Origin: TPA_inf: Saccharomyces
Lineage: Eukaryota
Reading direction: 5' to 3'
NCBI GenBank assembly: GCA_000146045.2
Contig: BK006949.2
Coordinates: 416,001 to 480,000 of the forward strand
Length of the DNA stretch: 64,000 bases
A program made the translations under genes and the position numbers. Shown piece after piece: positions 57,040 to 64,000 of the stretch (the stretch's first letter is position 1; every line of letters starts with the position of its first letter). The notes beneath the pieces are model-generated. The model did no database searches, had not been told where the DNA came from, and worked only from the letters and a program-made list of their open reading frames with translations.

Positions 57040-58707
57040 CTATCTTCTGTTTTTCTTTCGAGATGGCTCATCTGATGCATTGTTTCCTGACACCGCAGCA
57101 GCGGCTGCTGCTGCCGCGGCCAGAATTCTACGGTTAACACCAAGCCCACCTAACGCATTTGCAGCGGCACCTGCGGTGATTCCTGAAGCTTGTGTATTGT
57201 TTTTCGTTCTTGATCCAAGATTCATGATGTCATTATCGTTCGTGTGAATTCTTCTTGCCGGGTATTTGTAAGTTAGACCTTCAAATACATTTTCACTAAC
57301 AGGAATATCACTTTCTGTGAAGTACTTATGTTCCAACGCATTAAATGCATCTATTCTTTTAATTGGATCATAATTTAACAAGTGGTAAAGTAAGCTTAAA
57401 GCATGCTTGTCCCTTCCTCCCGCGGAATGATACCATGTAGCAAGGTTATCCCTATACTTTGGAAACTTCGTAATTTGATCATATTCTGGATACTTCTCCA
57501 AATAAGGCCAAATTTTTTGATCGGGAGTGCCAAGAACTTCCAAAATTCTCTGTAGTTGATTCACTTGAAATGGAACAGTCTTTTTAGAGTCTAGTTTAGC
57601 TTCTTCACCTTTAAATATGGGCTGTAATCCTATCAGTTCTGCAAAAATGCAGCCAACGGACCATAAATCAACCGCAGGGGTATAGTGCCGTGCTCCCAAT
57701 AGCAACTCAGGTGCACGGTACCATATAGTGACAACCACTTTATCCCCAGTATAGAGGGTTTGCAGCATATTATGAAATTTTCTGGCCAAACCTAAATCAC
57801 CAATTTTAACACATCCATCTATGGTCACCATTATATTTGCGGGTTTCAAATCTCGATGAAGCACCCAATTTTGATGAAGATACGATACGCCGTCTAAAAG
57901 CTGCCACATAATAGACCGAACCATTCTTGGTGGTATCATCCTTTTTTCGGGATGGGAATGGAAGTGGATAATTTGTAGCAGATCATGCTCCGCATATTCG
58001 TATACCATATGGACACATTTCCTTTCCAAAAAAATTTCCACTAATGTGGTTAAATGCTTGTTGTGCAATTCTCGACATAATGCCATTTCTCTACAGGCAC
58101 TCTGAGATATTCCCGTATAATGCAATTGTTCGACGCCATCCTTCTCTGTCTTGAACTTTTTAATGGCATAAAATACCGTCAGCGGTTTTTTAATGAGGGT
58201 TTGTTTTTGGGAATTATAGTGCGGGGATACATCTTCCCTCGTAGTTCGTATTCTTCCGGGGGTCACTCCTTCATCCTTTAACAAGTTTCTTCTTAATGCG
58301 TTTGTATTTGCCTGCATGTCCATTGAAGAGCTTGATTTTGGTTGCGTGCTGTCAAACTGCGGAATTTTCGCATTGGTACCATTCAGACTAGAACCATTAG
58401 CGGAATTGGTACCGGAGTTGATTTGTCTTTTCGCTTTGTAAACTTTACCATATGTGCCCGCAGCAATGTAGCCAATAACTTCGTACTTTTCTAAGACAGA
58501 TACCCGCATTCTATCTTTTCTTGCCCTATAAGGTCCAATAGTAAAAACATCATTATTGGCCATTAGCATCGGGGCTTTTCCATGCACACTTCCGATTGTG
58601 TTTTTCTTTCCAACGAACGATTGAGCTTGCTGTTGTCCTTGTACCTGCATAGGCCTTTGGTACATTGGCTGATAGGAGTTTTGTGCTCTATCCTTGCCAT
58701 TATACAT
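57040..58707 (-). CDS. SSN3: Cyclin-dependent kinase of the Mediator kinase module (CDK8), 555 aa.
   Basis: GxGxxG ([12 protein letters not shown]), catalytic [16 protein letters not shown], cyclin-binding-like helix. N-terminal Gln-rich segment and C-terminal poly-Ala tract. Matches YPL042C. Confidence 0.9.
   Translation of the reverse strand: MYNGKDRAQNSYQPMYQRPMQVQGQQQAQSFVGKKNTIGSVHGKAPMLMANNDVFTIGPYRARKDRMRVSVLEKYEVIGYIAAGTYGKVYKAKRQINSGTNSANGSSLNGTNAKIPQFDSTQPKSSSSMDMQANTNALRRNLLKDEGVTPGRIRTTREDVSPHYNSQKQTLIKKPLTVFYAIKKFKTEKDGVEQLHYTGISQSACREMALCRELHNKHLTTLVEIFLERKCVHMVYEYAEHDLLQIIHFHSHPEKRMIPPRMVRSIMWQLLDGVSYLHQNWVLHRDLKPANIMVTIDGCVKIGDLGLARKFHNMLQTLYTGDKVVVTIWYRAPELLLGARHYTPAVDLWSVGCIFAELIGLQPIFKGEEAKLDSKKTVPFQVNQLQRILEVLGTPDQKIWPYLEKYPEYDQITKFPKYRDNLATWYHSAGGRDKHALSLLYHLLNYDPIKRIDAFNALEHKYFTESDIPVSENVFEGLTYKYPARRIHTNDNDIMNLGSRTKNNTQASGITAGAAANALGGLGVNRRILAAAAAAAAAVSGNNASDEPSRKKNRR
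57094..57121 (-). repeat. GCN-codon repeat encoding Ala9 near the SSN3 C-terminus.
   Basis: The minus strand reads GCC GCG GCA GCA GCA GCC GCT GCT GCT, giving AAAAAAAAA. Confidence 0.85.
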
Positions 58708-59117
58708 TTCTCTCTCCTCCCGTCAAAACTAGGCGGCCTTAATTCAATTGGGAAGCAAAATTACTAACTTCAGTATACCCTTCCGCCTTTTTTCTTTCCT
58801 ATAAACCTTTCTTGTATCCTTTTTGTCAGCAGTGATTGTGGGATAACTTTCAAGTATTGAAGCGGGAAAATGAAACGCAACTTAAGCCACACCACGTAAT
58901 TCTTGAAGACTTTTGATGTATGATATTTATTTCACTGTTAAAAAAAGCTATAATTTCCTCTAATCAAAACTCTCTAAAACGAAATCAAAAATATTCGTAA
59001 CACATATATAACGAAGTACAATATATTGGGAATCTATAAATCATATGCCGAGTGCGCAACTTCAACTGAAAACAATAATCCGTCTCTGGGCCAGAAAAAA
59101 AAAAGGAAAAAAAAGCT

Positions 59118-59741
59118 TTATTTCTTAATAAGGTGCTTTAATTTTTGAAAGGGAAGAAGCAACCATTTCCCAAAATATGGTGCTCCCCAGATACTAATGA
59201 AAATGCGTACCGGATATAGTAATTTTACTGTAACGTAGGCTACTGTGCCAGATAAAATCAACTTGTTTTTGTTGAGGCATTCCTGATATCTCTTACCAAC
59301 AAATTTCTCCATAGCTGTATGACAGCTATCCATTAGGCCATTTAAGAAGTTTGGGAGCTTAAAATCATCAGAAAGATCGAGGTTATAAAGTAACCACCAT
59401 AGTAGAAACAGTGGTAGTATGGCAGTTACCTCATGCAAGATGAAGAATGATGTAAGTGTTGGAACCGTGCCGGCCTCACTGAGGCGGTCGAAATAGTGTG
59501 AAAATTTAGGATTCTTGTTTAACCTTGTTAAAAGTCGTGACTTGGAAAATATTTTACGTAGTCTATCCTCCCTTCTTTTCACTGGATCTAAATTTCCCGA
59601 TATGAATCTAATTTGGGTTGATCCGCCGGGCCTGGTGTTCATAAACGTGGTCAATTGCGTTGGCCTTTTAAGCATGAGCTCCAACGGTCCAGAGCCCATC
59701 TGCAGTTGACAGGGCCTGAAGAAAAGATTCATGACAGTCAT
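59118..59741 (-). CDS. YPL041C: Probable mitochondrial membrane protein of unknown function, 207 aa.
   Basis: Complete ORF with a hydrophobic central helix pair. The position matches YPL041C (MRX11). Confidence 0.5.
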   Translation of the reverse strand: MTVMNLFFRPCQLQMGSGPLELMLKRPTQLTTFMNTRPGGSTQIRFISGNLDPVKRREDRLRKIFSKSRLLTRLNKNPKFSHYFDRLSEAGTVPTLTSFFILHEVTAILPLFLLWWLLYNLDLSDDFKLPNFLNGLMDSCHTAMEKFVGKRYQECLNKNKLILSGTVAYVTVKLLYPVRIFISIWGAPYFGKWLLLPFQKLKHLIKK

Positions 59742-59992
59742 GTTCCTGGTGAGGGTGCCTTGGGTGTAACACTTATCCTTACACGGTCTCTCAAAAGCAA
59801 TATTTTTACATTTCTCTTCTTTGCTTCCTGTTCGTATAACGCGCTGAGAGCTGGTAAGAACAATAGGCCGAGGCCCTGCATCAAAATGTCAGTAGGGGAC
59901 CTGTTAGGTACCCACTAATAAGTACAAGAGGGTTTTTATTTTCTAAGAGCCAATAATTGGCATTCTTTATATACAGGAAAGGTACATGTCAT

Positions 59993-62900
59993 TCAAGACA
60001 TGAGATGATCCACAGCTTCTTTACATCTGTCACACAATTTATCCTCTTCGGCTGAGTTGGCCTTCCAACATCTGGGACAGTTGTGCCTTTTGCTTCGTTC
60101 AACCAATATTTGAACGTTTATTCCGCTTCCCAATTCAATAGTTGGTAGACTGTTATTATTATCGTCCATTTGCAATATATCAACAGCAGATGATTGCAAT
60201 ATGTCGCAAAGCTCGTCAGAACTGAATGGGAGGTGATGCTTGGTGAAAATGGTAACGTGACTATGTGTTGTTTTGGTGACACCTTCTTCTAGACTTAACC
60301 TCTTGAATTCCTCCTGGAACTGTTTTAGAATTTTTAGTTCAAAGTTTTCAAAGGAGGTGACGATTTCCGTATTTGAGTCCAAAAACGGCCATTTTCCACG
60401 CATCGGATTAATGTCTATATGTTCTTGTCCTTGTAACCATCCTTCTGGTATATACTTCCATACTTCTTGGACCATAACGGGTAATATTGGTGCAAGAATT
60501 GCCCTATATGCATTTAGTATATGGACAAGCGTTGTTTGGACCTGCCTTCTTGCCAATGACGATATTTGGTTGGAATATAAAATATCCTTTGAGATATCAA
60601 AATAAAACGCCGATAGCTCGTTATTTAAATGATATTGTAGAGTAATGAGAACCTTGGAAAAGTTGTACTTTTGGTAGTGTTCTCTCGTCGTTTCCAGCAG
60701 TTCGTTTATCTTATACAAGGTATATTGATCAACACGGCGTAATTGTTCAATCGGCAAAAGGTTGAAATCTTGGGACTTCTGTAAATTACTCAATAAATAG
60801 CGAAAAGTTAGTCTAACCTTTTTTAGAGCTTCTCCTACATGTTTCATCACAGTCGGGCCAGCAACTATATCAGTTGTGAAATTCGATTGTGCTATCAGAT
60901 ACCTCAAGCCATCAACACCCAAAGCTGGTAAGCCTAAGTTTTCATCGCCTCGAATTATTGCTTCGGGAGAAATTGTATTTCCCACAGATTTTGACATTTT
61001 CAGACCATTCTCATCTAGGGTAAAACCATGAGTAATCACTTCTTCATATGGTGCAACAGGGACATTACTTGATGCTACTTTTGTTAGCAGTGAACTTTGA
61101 AACCATCCTCTATGTTGATCAGATCCTTCTAGACAAACTTGGTACAGGGGGGATGGGAGTTTTGACAACTTTAAGCTTTTTTCATAAAAGTCTTTGATCA
61201 CACTCCATGACGACCCACTATCAAACCACACATCCATAGTATCTTGAGAACGACAGTATTCATGCGCTACGTCGTGATATTTTTCTGGCAACCATTCTTT
61301 CATGTCATTATCTTTATCGTTAAACCATGCATTAATTCCTTTTTGTTTGATTTTTTCTATGGCATGTGCCAAAATTTCTGAATTCATCAAAACAGAATCC
61401 GGTTCGCTCTTCTTGTAAAAGCTTAATATAGGGATACCCCATGAGCGTTGCCTAGATATGCACCATTCATTTCTGCTTTTCATAAAGGATGAAAGTCTTG
61501 AATAGCCTCTTTTAGGACAAAACTTGACGCGGCTGATGCTTTCCAGAGCCAAGTTTTTTACATCGTGTAAATCTGCAAACCACTGTGGAGTAGCTCTTAT
61601 TATGACAGGTTTCTTGGATCTCCAGTCGTACGGATAAGAATGCGTGTATTCGTGAGATTTGTAAAGTAAATTAAGGTCGCTTAACTTACATAGAATGATT
61701 TTCGCGGTTTCGGCATCCAATACTTGCCTACCTTTTGTTAAGTCTCCTTCATCTCTCACGATGGATCTGACGGACTGAGGAAGTTCATTTAATTGGTAGC
61801 GGCCCTGGTGATCCACGGGAGAATAAATTTCAAGACCATTTTGAATACCAATGAGATAGTCATCCTGTCCATGCCCTGGTGCTGTATGAACCAATCCAGT
61901 CCCTGTACCGCTGGTAACGTGTGCACCATGTAATAAGGGCCTGCCAACCTTATCGTCTACTAAGAGGTTTTGATAATATAGCCCATTTAGATGAGTTCCT
62001 TGAAACTGTTTGATAGTCTCAAATGAGTTAGTTGTTAGGCCCAATTTATCAATGGAGCCGGTCTCTACAAGGATAAGTTCACTATTTAAGCGTAATAGGG
62101 AGTAGGAAAAATCCTGATTGAAACAGATTGCTCGATTAGAGAGAAGAGTCCATGGAGTACTGGTCCAAATCAAACAGTATATAGGCAAGTTATTCGTTAT
62201 TCCTAGTTTTTTGCACAGATCCATCTGGGATTTCTTTTCAAGAGGAAATTTAACATAAGCAGCGATGGATTTATGGTTTTCATTATATTCTAATTCGCCC
62301 TCTGCTAACGCTGTTCTAGTTTCTGTACCCCAGTAAACCGGTTTGTTCTGTCTCTTAATCAGTCCTCTTTCGTACATTTCTTTAAAAATATTTAGCTGAT
62401 TAATTTCATAGTCTTTATCCATTGTTAGGTATGGTGTTTCCCAGTCCGTTAAGATGGCAAAATGTTGGAAAGTTTCCCTTTGCCTCTTGATTGCCTTTTG
62501 TGCATGTTTTAAAGCCATTGACCTGATTTTTAAAGGCGATATTGACTCGATCTGTTGCGCGCTTAAATCTTTCAAAGCTTTAATCTCGATGGGTAGTCCA
62601 TGACAATCCCAGCCAGGCTTATAAAAAATGTACTTCCCCTGTGAAAGTTGATATCTGTTTATGATATCTTTCAGAATTTTATTTAGAGCATGACCGAGAT
62701 GGAGCTCGCCGTTGGCATAGGGCGGTCCATCATGTAAGATGAACAACTTTTCTTTAATGAACTCTAATTTTTCATCAGTCGTATTAAGCTTTGAAAATTC
62801 TTCGAAGAAATCACGTAGCTGCTCCTTGTAAACTAACTGCGAAGATTTTGGTATTAATTCCCTCAATGTAATCTCTAAGTTTGATCTATTAGGGAATTTG

Positions 62901-63001
62901 GTCTTGGGCAAGTTTAATGTTTTTTGGTAGGCATGTTTGGCGAGATATCGCTTGCTAATAATGCTAAAGATATGTTGAGGCACAAGCCTGGAGCGCTTCA
63001 T
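59993..63001 (-). CDS. ISM1: Mitochondrial isoleucyl-tRNA synthetase (class I aaRS), 1002 aa.
   Basis: HIGH motif PYANGELHLGHALN, KMSKS motif LKMSKSVGN, C-terminal zinc-binding cysteines CPRCWK...CDRC. Matches YPL040C. Confidence 0.9.
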   Translation of the reverse strand: MKRSRLVPQHIFSIISKRYLAKHAYQKTLNLPKTKFPNRSNLEITLRELIPKSSQLVYKEQLRDFFEEFSKLNTTDEKLEFIKEKLFILHDGPPYANGELHLGHALNKILKDIINRYQLSQGKYIFYKPGWDCHGLPIEIKALKDLSAQQIESISPLKIRSMALKHAQKAIKRQRETFQHFAILTDWETPYLTMDKDYEINQLNIFKEMYERGLIKRQNKPVYWGTETRTALAEGELEYNENHKSIAAYVKFPLEKKSQMDLCKKLGITNNLPIYCLIWTSTPWTLLSNRAICFNQDFSYSLLRLNSELILVETGSIDKLGLTTNSFETIKQFQGTHLNGLYYQNLLVDDKVGRPLLHGAHVTSGTGTGLVHTAPGHGQDDYLIGIQNGLEIYSPVDHQGRYQLNELPQSVRSIVRDEGDLTKGRQVLDAETAKIILCKLSDLNLLYKSHEYTHSYPYDWRSKKPVIIRATPQWFADLHDVKNLALESISRVKFCPKRGYSRLSSFMKSRNEWCISRQRSWGIPILSFYKKSEPDSVLMNSEILAHAIEKIKQKGINAWFNDKDNDMKEWLPEKYHDVAHEYCRSQDTMDVWFDSGSSWSVIKDFYEKSLKLSKLPSPLYQVCLEGSDQHRGWFQSSLLTKVASSNVPVAPYEEVITHGFTLDENGLKMSKSVGNTISPEAIIRGDENLGLPALGVDGLRYLIAQSNFTTDIVAGPTVMKHVGEALKKVRLTFRYLLSNLQKSQDFNLLPIEQLRRVDQYTLYKINELLETTREHYQKYNFSKVLITLQYHLNNELSAFYFDISKDILYSNQISSLARRQVQTTLVHILNAYRAILAPILPVMVQEVWKYIPEGWLQGQEHIDINPMRGKWPFLDSNTEIVTSFENFELKILKQFQEEFKRLSLEEGVTKTTHSHVTIFTKHHLPFSSDELCDILQSSAVDILQMDDNNNSLPTIELGSGINVQILVERSKRHNCPRCWKANSAEEDKLCDRCKEAVDHLMS

Positions 63002-63263
63002 AAGTAGCTAAAGATCGTTCTTAGTATACTGTGTTCCATAACTTCTAGCCTTGGTCCTTTATATTTGCTGTTTTTCTGCGTTTCTTAACTCGCTTGCGGA
63101 AAAAGAATCGACATTTTCAGAACAGGATTTTATTGTTTTTAAAGTACATTATATGGGGCGACACATCATCGCCATCTATGTTAAATATTTAAAGAATACG
63201 GGGTAGAATTATTCACGCTGGGGGATGCTGAAAGAGGAGTATAATTTGAGCGGTGCTGATAAC

Positions 63264-64000
63264 ATGGCATCTGCTGAGTTGTCATTTAAAAAGCAAAAAG
63301 TGGTATTGAAAAAGTTCATGATAGCGCAAGTGACTAAGGGGATTATGCAGCGGTATGCGAGCCTATTAGTTACCATGCCTAGTGATGATGACAATGCAAT
63401 TATTGGCACAAATCATTTGAAAACAACCAAATTTTTAGAAATAATCCTACACAGAGCCAAATCATCGCATTTACAGTTCAAAAAGGTCTGTTGCATTGTC
63501 ATCAAGTTTCTAGATTGCTGCTCGAAGGAAACTAACTACATGAAGTTTTTAAAGTTCAGCTTACACAAACTATTTGTAGCTGCTTTCATCTTAAGTGTGC
63601 CAAATGTTGTAGGCGATGACCGCGACAGGATTACCACGAGGGATGAAACCTATCATCTCTATTCCCAGATAACAGGCTTGCCACTGGAAGAAGTGATAAA
63701 TTGTTGTTCTATTGTGAGGCCTGTACTTATTCGGCGGAGTAGACAACAACGCAGGCAAATGTTATCTCGACGTGAACAACATTCGTACTTCCTCAGAAGT
63801 TCTTTTATGAACTCCAATTCATCAGCATCACCTTTTTTCTCTACCAATAGGTCAGCTGATGATCTACATGTACATACAAGGGCATACTCGCTTCATAGCC
63901 ATTCCGATGGGGAAGGCCAAGATAGGCGGTCGGAACATGAAGAAACGCATAGCATGGGGGCTGATGCCGATACATATCGACAAACTACGTTTATCCCAGA
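63264..64000 (+). CDS. YPL039W: N-terminal about 245 codons of an ORF that runs off the window end. Unknown function. Not in the track because there is no in-window stop.
   Basis: ATG at 63264. The frame translated by hand ([26 protein letters not shown]...) stays open to position 64000. The position matches YPL039W. Confidence 0.5.

Overview
The window reads as Saccharomyces cerevisiae nuclear DNA from the left arm of chromosome XVI. The gene order runs from YTA6 (YPL074W, N-terminus cut by the window edge) to the start of YPL039W (cut by the other edge). I identified the genes by recognising the translated proteins and the gene order from memory. No search was possible, so symbols are recall, while motifs and coordinates are read from the sequence.

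Content:
- About 36 protein-coding genes on both strands with short intergenic spacers, including ALD6, PDR12, TIM50, VPS16, NOP4, SSN3, ISM1 and OAZ1.
- One tRNA-Cys(GCA) gene at 19893-19964 (minus strand).
- A 1 kb cluster of nested and inverted delta (Ty1/Ty2 LTR) remnants upstream of that tRNA.
- A full-length 6223-bp Ty4-class LTR retrotransposon at 20890-27112 (minus strand). Its two 371-bp LTRs are identical, it has a 5-bp ATCAA target-site duplication, and its primer-binding site is complementary to tRNA-Asn.
- The OAZ1 programmed +1 ribosomal frameshift site at 43003-43009.

The most unusual observation is the coding frame structure of the Ty4 copy. Gag, protease and integrase form one continuous 1104-codon ORF, even though a canonical CUU-AGG-C +1 frameshift heptamer sits in frame at codon 362. 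The +1 frame closes 51 codons after that heptamer. RT and RNase H are in a separate +1-frame ORF overlapping by 68 nt. This suggests compensating indels in a recently inserted, probably defective copy.

Other items:
- A palindromic CGG-N23-CCG motif about 620-640 bp upstream of PDR12, a candidate War1 weak-acid response element.
- TG-rich, poly(dA:dT) and coding trinucleotide microsatellites.
- A 1.45-kb ORF-free stretch next to the Ty4 that holds a candidate diverged solo LTR.
- The supplied ORF track begins several ORFs at TTG or GTG codons, so some gene starts were moved to the first ATG.

I found no CRISPR array, no operon-like prokaryotic system and no evidence of an undescribed system. 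This is an ordinary, well-populated yeast chromosomal arm with a retrotransposition hotspot next to a tRNA gene.
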